The notes under the pieces: generated by a model
The model's database searches: none
Seen by the model: only the letters and a program-made list of their open reading frames with translations
What the model was told of the DNA's origin: nothing
Assembly: GCA_018065265.1 (NCBI GenBank)
Contig: JAGHTP010000008.1
Coordinates: 466-64,465, forward strand
Length of the DNA stretch: 64,000 bases
Direction of reading: 5' to 3'
Source: Candidatus Cryptobacteroides aphodequi
GTDB taxonomy: Bacteria > Bacteroidota > Bacteroidia > Bacteroidales > UBA932
Made by a program: the position numbers and the translations under genes
In this document: positions 55,549 through 64,000 of the stretch, in pieces
Layout: each line of letters begins with the position of its first letter
How positions within the stretch are numbered: the first letter of the stretch is position 1

Positions 55549-57531
55549 TTACTTCCGTTTCCAGTGGATTACGCTCGTGCCTCCAGCCTCAATGCGTACG
55601 GTTTTTCCGAAACGGGGACGGCGCCCGGAAATGGTGCTGTCATAAGCATAATCATCAAGGACAAGCCTGACCGATTTGGCTCTGGCGCTGCCATTGGTGA
55701 TAATAGTAACAAGGGTGCCGTCGGTTGTTTGCAGCGCGCTCGGGCAAAGTCCCTTGGTGTTCCGGGCGAAACGAAGCGGAGCTGTTTCGGCGCAGCCGCG
55801 CCAGATATTCCCGGTCAGTTTGTATAGATGCTTGTAGTTGCCCTCTCTGCGGCAGGCAAGAGATACCATTGCCGGAATCCAGAGTACTCGGCCGGCACCA
55901 TAAGAGTTTAGGATATAATTGGTTCTATTGCCGCAACTGTCGGCGATTTCGGCGTCCCAAAGATGAACAGGACACTTATCGACAGGTCCGATTTTTACTG
56001 TGCGGTCTCCGGGAGCACTGTGTATATCGGCAATTTTTCCTCCAAACAGGTCTGCAAGGGCGAAGTCTCCCATATGCACGGCATTCATCTCTTCGTCATA
56101 GAACGAACTCAGGCCTTCCACTATAAGATTGCCGCCGAGAAACACAAACCGCCTCAACGCTTCGTACGAATTTTTTGGAAGGGCCACCTGTCCGGCAAGC
56201 ACAATGCAGAAGTCGTGATAATCGTCGCGTGACCAGTCGAATTCTTCCAGTTCACATATCCGGGTCTGGATGCCGAGTTCAGAGAACATTTCATAGAATC
56301 CAAGCAGGCTTTTCATCGCTCCGCCGCGATGACGTCCTTCGTATGCGGGGTCATCAAGCGAGCCGTACTGGACTTTTTTCTCCGCCCACAGCGACTCTCT
56401 TGTGTAAGCAAGGAATATCTTCGGCTCTACTGGACTTGCTTCCGCAAACAGGTCGCTGTTTGCGTTGATCTTCGACGTGACATCTGCGGCGGCATTCGAG
56501 CGTTCTGACCTATTGCCCTGAAGGTCGAGAAGAGACCATTCTCCGGCCTCTTCTCCCCGTCCGCGGGGATTGAGGCACCAGAAAATAATGCCGTCAACTC
56601 CGTGCCCGACACCGGTCCAAAGCCATTGGCTTATTTCCTTTCCGTTCGGGCAGAACGCCCTGTTCCCTGAATAAGTGTTGGTGCCGCCCTGCAATTCTGT
56701 GATCCAATACGGCAGATCGCCGGCTCCGGAGCGTATGATTTCGCAGTTTGCGCCAAGGGCCAGGGCATAGGAATCTCGTTCGAAATAGCCGAAGTGCCAG
56801 CTTGGATGAGCGGATGCGCCAAGCGAAGTCAGACTTTGCCGCCAGGCGGGGAAATCATACTCGGCGATATTCTCGAAAATCTGATGATTGTTTATGTGTA
56901 TTTCGTAGTCCGGATCCAGGCTGCGCACTTGGGACGATAACTGGGAGATATACCAGCTGTTGTACTGCAGGAGGAATTCATCGGACCTGAAGGCTTCGGG
57001 GAAGGTCTTGCCTTCAGAGGCTAGCCAGTGCCGGTATTTTTCCTGAGAATATTCGGATTTCGGGATATATCCGCCAGTGCCGGGTTCGTTTATCAGCACC
57101 CAGCCCAGCAGTGCCGGATGCTGGCTGAAATGGTTGACAACGGCCGTGATATAATTGTCAATGGACATTTTGTGTTCATCGCTGACAGGAAATTTGAATC
57201 CGCCAACCGAGTTCCCTTCAAGAGAAGGAAACAGAGTTGCAAATACTTTCACACCGTGGCGTTCGGCAGCGGCGAAAGCAGTGTCAAACAGACAGAAATC
57301 CCAATCTCCTTCCTCAGAGTGCATATAGCTTTCGAACATTCGTATACGGCAGCAGGTCATCCCGCAGTCCTGCATAACGCTGAAATACCGGTCGATTTGT
57401 GCTGCGCTTTGACCGGGCTCTATGATTACCTGAGCACCAATCTGTGGAACACCGGCAGACAAAATCGCCGTTCCGGAGAAAAATGCCAGTATTGTCAGCT
57501 GGCACTTGAGGAAAAAGGAGGAGAATTTCAT
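55549..57531 (-). CDS. GH164-like beta-mannosidase with beta-galactosidase trimerization domain
   Basis: Motifs CRIRMF, ATLFP....VGGFKFP, WVLINEPG, AH.SWHFGYF, IRSGAG.LP...TELQGG.N.YSG and EAGEW, which recall (from memory) Bacteroides GH164. Confidence 0.85.
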   Translation of the reverse strand: MKFSSFFLKCQLTILAFFSGTAILSAGVPQIGAQVIIEPGQSAAQIDRYFSVMQDCGMTCCRIRMFESYMHSEEGDWDFCLFDTAFAAAERHGVKVFATLFPSLEGNSVGGFKFPVSDEHKMSIDNYITAVVNHFSQHPALLGWVLINEPGTGGYIPKSEYSQEKYRHWLASEGKTFPEAFRSDEFLLQYNSWYISQLSSQVRSLDPDYEIHINNHQIFENIAEYDFPAWRQSLTSLGASAHPSWHFGYFERDSYALALGANCEIIRSGAGDLPYWITELQGGTNTYSGNRAFCPNGKEISQWLWTGVGHGVDGIIFWCLNPRGRGEEAGEWSLLDLQGNRSERSNAAADVTSKINANSDLFAEASPVEPKIFLAYTRESLWAEKKVQYGSLDDPAYEGRHRGGAMKSLLGFYEMFSELGIQTRICELEEFDWSRDDYHDFCIVLAGQVALPKNSYEALRRFVFLGGNLIVEGLSSFYDEEMNAVHMGDFALADLFGGKIADIHSAPGDRTVKIGPVDKCPVHLWDAEIADSCGNRTNYILNSYGAGRVLWIPAMVSLACRREGNYKHLYKLTGNIWRGCAETAPLRFARNTKGLCPSALQTTDGTLVTIITNGSARAKSVRLVLDDYAYDSTISGRRPRFGKTVRIEAGGTSVIHWKRK

Positions 57532-57532
57532 A

Positions 57533-58318
57533 TCAATAGCAAAGTTCAGCAACTTTCTTTCCATATCGGCTTCCGAGGAGAATCTGCCCCTCGCGGCTGA
57601 AGTGCGGATCGGAAGTGCCCTTCAGGTCGGTGCAGCCCTCGCTTGACACCCAGTCGCTGTATGGAATCGTATCGGAAATAAGCTGAATCATCGGATTGAA
57701 CACAGGGGCCCCGCGATGCCATTGGGCGATTTCTCCTGCGATGAATGGACATTTGCCGCATCGGAGTTCGGAGCGGAGCGCTGTGACAAAGGTAAGGAGA
57801 TTCTCCATATAAGTGCTGCAATTGTCAACGTCGCTTTCTCCTTGATGCCAAAGAATGGCTTTCAGATCGCCATATTCGCAGGCCTGACGGCAGCGGCGCA
57901 CGGCTTCGGAGAACAGGCGGCTTCCGCTTTTCCATTCCGAAAGCGAGGTGCCCCCTTTAGCATTGCAGACGATGAGGATCGGCCTGTTGGTGTGCCTTCT
58001 GAGTTCCGCCGCAAAACCGAATCCGGGATTCATCTGTTGCAGTTCCAGTTCCTTGCGGACAGAGGAATACTGGTTGTAAGGGTGTGTTGCGGGAACGATT
58101 TCTCCTTTGTCGTCGAGAAGATATACGTCTTTGAGAGTGGTTTCGTAATCTTCAGGAAGAAGAGTTCCTCGCCCGGCCATATTTGATTGGCCGATAAGCA
58201 GGAACACATCGTATTTTTTCTGAATGCCTTCAGGTTTTTTTGCCAGTCCGTCATCTGGTGTGGTGCAGGCGGCAAGAAGGAGAGCCACACACGCAAAAAG
58301 CCATTTCTTCATCATCAT
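57533..58318 (-). CDS. Sialate O-acetylesterase/SASA (CE6-like) esterase, lipoprotein
   Basis: Lipobox LAAC. Motifs GQSNMAG, WHQGE.D and DPHF. Confidence 0.92.
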   Translation of the reverse strand: MMMKKWLFACVALLLAACTTPDDGLAKKPEGIQKKYDVFLLIGQSNMAGRGTLLPEDYETTLKDVYLLDDKGEIVPATHPYNQYSSVRKELELQQMNPGFGFAAELRRHTNRPILIVCNAKGGTSLSEWKSGSRLFSEAVRRCRQACEYGDLKAILWHQGESDVDNCSTYMENLLTFVTALRSELRCGKCPFIAGEIAQWHRGAPVFNPMIQLISDTIPYSDWVSSEGCTDLKGTSDPHFSREGQILLGSRYGKKVAELCY

Positions 58319-59244
58319 TTATTGTTTAAAATCGCAAAATAAGCAGCTTTATGAAGCTTCTCTGCAACAGTTGAGGATATCTCAAGAGATTCCGCAACAC
58401 TCCCGGAGCCCGAAGGCAGATCACGCGGATCGGCGGCGAACAGATAACCATAGAATACACAGGCCGCCAGATACGATCCGTATTTGCTCGGATGATAGCC
58501 GTCGGTATAATAGAGATCGACCATCGAAGAGGGTTTGGTGCTATCAGTGTGATCCCAGCCAATACCTTCTTCAATAGCTTCCCAGAATGCTTCCCCTACC
58601 GGAGCCCATCCAGCCAGTTTTTGGTTCAGCGCAAGCGCTTTGGTACTGCGGAGAATGTAATCCTGTACAACCCTTATCGTTGCACCTTTGTCCGGCACGT
58701 CTCGAGGGCCGGCAAATGTTTCGTACAGCACAATACGCGCACTGTCATTCTTCGCAAGAACAGCATTGTTCATATCCGAAACAGCGGTCTTCATGCCCTC
58801 GATATTACCTCCCATTTCATTTGGGAGAGGCCTGGCGAGAAGGTCCTGGAGAATTACGACATCCCAGTTTTTGTCTTTAAAGAGTGCTGCATGGTCGCGG
58901 TAATGTTCGGTAAGAGAGCGTCCGTTGACAGACATTATGCTGACTTTGACGTTCGGATAGCCGGCTTCTTCGGCGATTTTTTTGAATACGCCTGGAATAC
59001 CCGTGAGCGAAGTGCCGTAGAGGTCTGAAACCGATGCTTTGTAGTGCAGGACAGGTTCGCGATAGCCGTTCGTCACACTGTTGCCAATGAACAGGACTTC
59101 AGCATCTGCGGCAATCGGACGGACTTCTTCCGGAGCCGGCTTCTTGCTGCCGGCCCCGGATTTCTGTCCGTTCCCGAGGGAACCTCCGCACCCGCTCAGC
59201 ACGAGTGCGGAACACACAAATACAATAAAACTGTTTTTAATCAT
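58315..59244 (-). CDS. SGNH-fold hydrolase (DUF4886-like), lipoprotein
   Basis: Lipobox LSGC. Motifs VLFIGNS, WDVVILQ and DGYHPS..GSYLAAC. Confidence 0.85.
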   Translation of the reverse strand: MIKNSFIVFVCSALVLSGCGGSLGNGQKSGAGSKKPAPEEVRPIAADAEVLFIGNSVTNGYREPVLHYKASVSDLYGTSLTGIPGVFKKIAEEAGYPNVKVSIMSVNGRSLTEHYRDHAALFKDKNWDVVILQDLLARPLPNEMGGNIEGMKTAVSDMNNAVLAKNDSARIVLYETFAGPRDVPDKGATIRVVQDYILRSTKALALNQKLAGWAPVGEAFWEAIEEGIGWDHTDSTKPSSMVDLYYTDGYHPSKYGSYLAACVFYGYLFAADPRDLPSGSGSVAESLEISSTVAEKLHKAAYFAILNNK

Positions 59245-61067
59245 TATTCTTTGATGCATCTAACGCCGCAAGCGCGCACCTTTGTATTGTCTGTCTTTAC
59301 AGATATGGCATCGGCCGTACTTTTCATATAAATTCCAGCTGCGGAGTTTTTGCCGGCAGTCATTGTAGAGGTCCAGAGCCAGACGGAGTTCTTTACATTA
59401 TTGTTGGGATTTCCTCCGGAAAGAAGGTAGCCATTGCTCGCGAAGAAACCATATGCGTCTGCCTGGCGGCCAAACGTGTTCAACCAGATCAATGACTTAC
59501 CGTCGCTTGCGAAAGTGACAAGCTCGGAGTAGTCGGCGCTTGAAGGAACTTTCCATCCTTCAGGGCAAGGGTCGTAAGCCGACTTCGTGCCGTCAGCACC
59601 CCAGAGATTGGCTGTGTTGTTGTATTTCGGCGAGGCGCTTGTCGTCCAGTCTCCGGCGCTTGCCGTAACAAGAGACAGAGGATTCTTGACAGCAAACGAA
59701 ATGTTGTCTTCCGGATTTGCTGAAGTAGCCTTTGGATCGGTCAGGCTCAGGACGGTATTGTCCTTGCCATAGAAGATGGAGTCGAATGTGGTTGAACTGA
59801 GAGACTGCAGCATAGGGATGGGATCCTTGCGGCCCCACTGGTAGTAGCAACCTGCGTTCCTGTAGTTTTTCGATCCGGTATATCCGTCGGCGCCGAGGTT
59901 GCGGTCCATCATAACGATTCCGCCGTCGGCTTTGAGGGTCTTGACGTTCGTTGCGGCATCGAAACTATTGATCCAGACGTGCCAGCTCCAGAGAATATTG
60001 TCTCCGACCTTGGCATAGACAACGGCGTTTCCAATGGCGGTACCAGCTGCCTTGACTGTAATAGTTGCGTTCTTGTCGGTGCCGGAGAGTGTCACTTCAC
60101 TTATGAGGTCGGTCTTATCCTGCCACAAAAGTCCGGCGCTGAGCGTTCCTGTGAGATCTATTTCGTAACCCTTGAGGTATTCGTCACCGCTTGTCGCATC
60201 CCACATCGCGTAGGCCTTGGCAACGGGAATGGTTACGCTTCCACCGGGCGCTACGATGTAGCAGTTCGGGAAGGTCTTGGCATCGACGGTTGCGAAAGAC
60301 ACATTTGCGTCGATGTCCTTGAAGCTTGCCCGTTCGCTTGCCTTGAATTCCACATCTGCGGTAACATTGCATTCGCAAGTTTTGCCGTCCGTGCTTGTGA
60401 AAAGCAGGCCTATTCCCCCGGTGTGGGTGCCGGGAAGCACGTACAGATTGTATTTTCCTGCGGCGAGGGCTGTTCCACCAACAGTAATAGAACTGTTGCC
60501 GCTTCCCGGAGTGATTGTACTGATTGCTCCGTCGGCATCAACCGTCACGCTTATAGCTCCGAGCAGAGGGGTGGAAGACTTTGAACTGATTACCAGAGAC
60601 TTCAGATCGGAACGTGTGATTTCGAAATGAAGCACAGCACATGCGTTGTGGAACTGCAGGTTGTTCGATGCGTCGGCCGCCGCAACGCAAACACCCTTGT
60701 CAAGGGCATTGTGACTCGTTGTGAATGTCGAGGCGGAAGCTCCATAGCTGAAAGAAGCGGATGCAGAGTAAGGGTACAATGCAAAATAAGGGGCTTCTGC
60801 GCCATCCGCTGTTCCGGAGAACGAAGCTGACGATCCGGAATCGCTTGTGGTGAACTGGAAAGATGCGTTGTTTGCATCGAAGATGTTGATTGCATCGCCG
60901 GCAGCCCAGGAAACACTCTTGCCATCTTCAGAGAGTGTCGTTTTAACGACGGGCGCACCCGCTGTGAAGGTCAGGGTTCCGTCAGGATTTGCCAAATCGA
61001 TCTTGATTCCTTCTCCACAGGACATAACCAATGCGGCAGCTATTGAGAATAAAAATAACTTTTTCAT
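59244..61067 (-). CDS. Fimbrillin-like lipoprotein with C-terminal Fib_succ_major/C-type-lectin-fold domain
   Basis: Lipobox VMSC. KTTL....VSW..GDAI and ALYPY, then PNCYIV, ILWSWHVW, MDRNLGA, YQWGRKDP, DPCPEGWKVP and VRCIKE. Confidence 0.88.
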   Translation of the reverse strand: MKKLFLFSIAAALVMSCGEGIKIDLANPDGTLTFTAGAPVVKTTLSEDGKSVSWAAGDAINIFDANNASFQFTTSDSGSSASFSGTADGAEAPYFALYPYSASASFSYGASASTFTTSHNALDKGVCVAAADASNNLQFHNACAVLHFEITRSDLKSLVISSKSSTPLLGAISVTVDADGAISTITPGSGNSSITVGGTALAAGKYNLYVLPGTHTGGIGLLFTSTDGKTCECNVTADVEFKASERASFKDIDANVSFATVDAKTFPNCYIVAPGGSVTIPVAKAYAMWDATSGDEYLKGYEIDLTGTLSAGLLWQDKTDLISEVTLSGTDKNATITVKAAGTAIGNAVVYAKVGDNILWSWHVWINSFDAATNVKTLKADGGIVMMDRNLGADGYTGSKNYRNAGCYYQWGRKDPIPMLQSLSSTTFDSIFYGKDNTVLSLTDPKATSANPEDNISFAVKNPLSLVTASAGDWTTSASPKYNNTANLWGADGTKSAYDPCPEGWKVPSSADYSELVTFASDGKSLIWLNTFGRQADAYGFFASNGYLLSGGNPNNNVKNSVWLWTSTMTAGKNSAAGIYMKSTADAISVKTDNTKVRACGVRCIKE

Positions 61068-61079
61068 TGCTTTCAAATA

Positions 61080-61241
61080 TTAGAATACAAGGTACTCGTC
61101 ACCTTCTTCGAATTGATCGATTGATGACGTTGTGATAACAGTTATACTTCCACAAATAATTCCCTGCAAAGAGAGGTCAATCTCTTTGCTCGAAGGTTGC
61201 CAATAAGGGAGTTTGGCGTTATTGTTCAAGATTGTGCTCAT
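61080..61241 (-). CDS. Small 53-aa peptide (YxxP...IC.S motif), not in the ORF track
   Basis: Manual translation MSTILNNNAKLPYWQPSSKEIDLSLQGIICGSITVITTSSIDQFEEGDEYLVF*. It fills the gap between two co-oriented genes. Confidence 0.75.
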   Translation of the reverse strand: MSTILNNNAKLPYWQPSSKEIDLSLQGIICGSITVITTSSIDQFEEGDEYLVF

Positions 61242-61246
61242 AGTGG

Positions 61247-63154
61247 TTATTCATTAGTGTTATCTTTCACACAGCGAACGCCCATTGCGCGTACGCGTTG
61301 TCCGGCAGTGCCTATTGCGGTGATTGAGCCTCCGCCATTGTTCATATATACGCGATATCCGTGTGCTCCAGTGCCCTGTTCGCGGCACCACATAGTCACG
61401 GAAGTAGTAATGGTAGTTGCCTGACCGGATCCGCCGCGGTATCCGTTCGCCGGGAACAGACCATATTTTTCGCAATAGCGGCCATAGCCTGTCTTGGTGT
61501 TGGTTTCATCAACCACTTGCTTAAGCCAGGGCAGATTGCCCGCTTCGGCATAAGCAATCAGTTCGGAGAAGTCATTGTAGGAAGGAACTCTCCAGCCTTC
61601 GGGACAAGGGTCATAGGATGATTTCCCGCCATTCTCCTCACACCAGATATACTGACCTTCAGCGTAGCGGCTTGTTGCAGAAGTTAGCCAGTCATTAGAT
61701 GCGACCATATACATTAGCGGGTGGGTGGTGGCAAGGCTGATATTCACCCAAAGATCCGCCTTTATGGTAGAGCCTTCTTTGTCAATTGAGGGATGTCCTC
61801 CTTCGAGGTCGTAAAGAGTGGCATCGGGAGAGTCGATCGAATAATTTGCGAACATAGGGAGCGGGTCCTTGCGGCCGAACTGATAATACAGGCCCATTGC
61901 GCGAGGGTCCGGATTGTCCCAATCGTAGGTGGCGGTAGAGGAACCGAGGTTGCGGTCCATCATATATGTTCCGGTCGCCGCATTGAGCAGCACTTTGCTT
62001 TCTTCGAGATTTGCTGCGCTTACCCATACGTGCCAGCTCCAGAGAATAACTCCGTTCACTTTGTATGCAACTACGGCATTTCCTTCCTTTGCTGCGGCAA
62101 TGGCGACTTTAATTGTCGCTTTCTTTCCGCTTCCTTCCAGGGAGACTGACGATACGAGCCCTTCAGCATCTTCCCATACGAGGGAGGCGGAGACTTCTCC
62201 CTCGCGGCTGATGTTGGTATCGTTCTTCAGGAACGGATCGTCTTCCCACATTGCAATAGCCTTTGCGGCGGGAATCTCCACTGTCGTTCCGGGTGCTGCG
62301 ATGTAGCAGTTGGGCTGATGAGTGTAATCCGCCTTCTGAACAGCAGAGAGTGTAATGGTCTTGATTTTTCCGGCAGTGAAGCTGACATAGTTGTCAAGCA
62401 CATAGCTTGAGGTCTCGCTACCATTTTTGAACGAGAACAGGGTTGCGCCTTCATCAATCATCTGAGCAGGAACGTATGCCCTCCAGATACCGTTGTCGAA
62501 AGCTTCCATTGTAATCGATGCGGCCAGGCCGTCAGGCTCGCTCATTTCATTGCTCTGAGCGATTTCCGTAAGATCGAGAGTCGTTTCTGTAAGGACATTT
62601 TCGACGGTTACGGTTGTGCCGGGGGCAAGTGTGCCGTGCTCAAGTTCGAGCAAGCAGTATTTATGCTTGAACAGGAGTTCGACAGGTTCCTTGCTGTTGG
62701 CTACGCCTGTTTTGCGGGCGGTAAGCACGGCAATGCCGTCTGCGGCATCAAAATCGATAGCGGCCGGGTCAACGTTTGCCTTGTAAGGGAAATAGGCATA
62801 GAGGTCAATCTTTCCGTTTTCGGGGAACTTGATGTCGGTTTCGGGAACCCACTTGCTGCCGTCAAAGGTGACTTTCACGTTCTGGATGAAGTTTCCTTCG
62901 TGTGCAAGAAATTCTTGAGTGGTTTCCTGTCTTTTTGCGGAGAATACGCCGAACGAGTCGCCGGCGCTGAATGAAAAGTCGTAATTTTCATCAAGTTCGG
63001 CTTTTGTAAGGGTGGGAGAGATCACGCTGAAACTGATCTTTTCCCCGTATGGTTCCTGCGAGGGTCCGGGACCCGGTTTGTCCCCCTCTTCTACAGGTTT
63101 GTTGCAGGCAGCGAATGCGCAGACTGACAACAGAACAAAAAACAATTTCTTCAT
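61247..63154 (-). CDS. Fimbrillin (Mfa-like) lipoprotein with C-terminal Fib_succ_major/C-type-lectin-fold domain
   Basis: Lipobox FAAC. TKA, GDSFGVF, YAYFPY and L.FKH, then PNCYIA, ILWSWHVW, MDRNLG, YQFGRKDP, DPCPEGWRVP and VRCVKD. Confidence 0.9.
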   Translation of the reverse strand: MKKLFFVLLSVCAFAACNKPVEEGDKPGPGPSQEPYGEKISFSVISPTLTKAELDENYDFSFSAGDSFGVFSAKRQETTQEFLAHEGNFIQNVKVTFDGSKWVPETDIKFPENGKIDLYAYFPYKANVDPAAIDFDAADGIAVLTARKTGVANSKEPVELLFKHKYCLLELEHGTLAPGTTVTVENVLTETTLDLTEIAQSNEMSEPDGLAASITMEAFDNGIWRAYVPAQMIDEGATLFSFKNGSETSSYVLDNYVSFTAGKIKTITLSAVQKADYTHQPNCYIAAPGTTVEIPAAKAIAMWEDDPFLKNDTNISREGEVSASLVWEDAEGLVSSVSLEGSGKKATIKVAIAAAKEGNAVVAYKVNGVILWSWHVWVSAANLEESKVLLNAATGTYMMDRNLGSSTATYDWDNPDPRAMGLYYQFGRKDPLPMFANYSIDSPDATLYDLEGGHPSIDKEGSTIKADLWVNISLATTHPLMYMVASNDWLTSATSRYAEGQYIWCEENGGKSSYDPCPEGWRVPSYNDFSELIAYAEAGNLPWLKQVVDETNTKTGYGRYCEKYGLFPANGYRGGSGQATTITTSVTMWCREQGTGAHGYRVYMNNGGGSITAIGTAGQRVRAMGVRCVKDNTNE

Positions 63155-63162
63155 ATTATCGG

Positions 63163-63933
63163 TTATTTATTGTTTTCAGATGTTTTGGGTTGATAAATCT
63201 TCACCCAATCGACATACATTTTGACAGGATCACCCATAGTTTTCTTAAAAGCATCCAGTTGGATGCAAAGGTGATGGGGAACGTGGACAATGGCCTCGGG
63301 ATCGGTAACTTCCCAGACCATCTCTCCGTCGCGGAAGATGCGAAGGGCGTCTTTGTACCACTCAAGGGCCATAACGTGCCACTCTGTAGCGGAGACGTTG
63401 TGAATGAATTTCTTTTTATTGTTGTCTATGCCGTAATGGATGAATGTGGCATAGTATGAGCGGTCGAAACTTGTGGTTCCGGTCTCGAAAATATCCATCT
63501 CTCCGTCAACCGGCCAGTTGTTGCCGGCTGGCCAGGTCAGCACGACAGCGCTTACGGCTCCGCTCGGGTCGGGTTCGGTGCGGACGCGGAATTCGAACTT
63601 GCCATAAGTGAGGTTCCTGCGGTTCGACATTCCTCCGGACACGAGGGAAGACCCCTTCATCTGGGCTGTGCAGACCAGGAGTCCGTCTTCGACCGTAAAG
63701 GCTTCGGGCCTGCGGTAGCCGTTGCCGCTGTGCCCCTGTCCGTTATACATGCTCCAGTAGGCCTCGTTTACGGCATCTCCATCAAAATTGTCCTCGAAGA
63801 TCAGTTCCCACTCCGTTTCTTCTGTGGAAATGGGGTCATGTACGGGCTTTCTTTTGATGATTCCATCATCTTCGTTGCTGCAAGCAGTGAGGCAAACGGC
63901 AATCATTAAAGATAAAAGTGTCATTTTGTTCAT
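63163..63933 (-). CDS. Glycoside hydrolase family 16 lipoprotein
   Basis: Lipobox LTAC. Motifs WELIFEDNF, YGKFEFR, catalytic GEMDIFE and MYVDWVKIY. Confidence 0.93.
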   Translation of the reverse strand: MNKMTLLSLMIAVCLTACSNEDDGIIKRKPVHDPISTEETEWELIFEDNFDGDAVNEAYWSMYNGQGHSGNGYRRPEAFTVEDGLLVCTAQMKGSSLVSGGMSNRRNLTYGKFEFRVRTEPDPSGAVSAVVLTWPAGNNWPVDGEMDIFETGTTSFDRSYYATFIHYGIDNNKKKFIHNVSATEWHVMALEWYKDALRIFRDGEMVWEVTDPEAIVHVPHHLCIQLDAFKKTMGDPVKMYVDWVKIYQPKTSENNK

Positions 63934-63934
63934 A

Positions 63935-64000
63935 TTATCGTAAGTTTATTGTCAATCTTGATTCATTTTTGACCGGGATACCGCAGGTAACTGCATTCTT
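63935..64000 (-). CDS. Probable 3' end of an upstream gene (truncated by the window)
   Basis: One minus frame is open from the edge (KNAVTCGIPVKNESRLTINLR*) and stops 1 bp before the GH16 ATG. The frame is uncertain. Confidence 0.35.
   Translation of the reverse strand, partial: KNAVTCGIPVKNESRLTINLR

Noticed and set aside
59244-61450. Active DGR acting on the two CLec-tipped fimbrial genes
   Set aside because: No reverse transcriptase or template repeat is in the window. The two 3' ends differ at all codon positions, not in an adenine-specific pattern.

Overview
Chromosomal segment of a Bacteroidota (Bacteroidales-like) bacterium. This assignment rests on TAnnTTTG promoters, SusB-type GH97, fimbrillin-like lipoproteins, alpha2-type GlyRS and the coaX-OMP-TPR-lptC-ppiD cluster. 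Positions 1-2045 are the AT-rich edge of an island integrated next to tRNA-Ser(GCT). That edge holds the end of an IS21 element interrupting a C-type-lectin/DUF1566-like gene, several unknown genes and att-like repeats. Positions 2.3-53.7 kb are mostly housekeeping genes (mutS, folA, galM/galK, ychF, mfd, ruvB/ruvA, sdhAB, hflX, ybeY, mnmG, sufSE, folK, glyQS, dnaE, pheS). The mfd-ruvB intergenic region looks like the replication origin, with DnaA boxes, a trio-like repeat, an AT-rich tract and a switch in gene orientation. Two parS-like palindromes lie in or near mnmG and ruvA. Positions 53.9-64 kb hold an AbiE (type IV) toxin-antitoxin pair and the distal part of a glycan-utilisation locus (GH164-like, SASA and SGNH esterases, GH16). 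Embedded in that locus are two fimbrial-tip-like lipoproteins and an unannotated 53-aa YxxP...CxS peptide gene. The most unusual items are that peptide-adhesin module, a ThiL homologue that has lost most catalytic aspartates, a secreted OB-fold/TonB-C fusion, and several apparently leaderless genes. All calls come from reading the sequence; no database searches were run.
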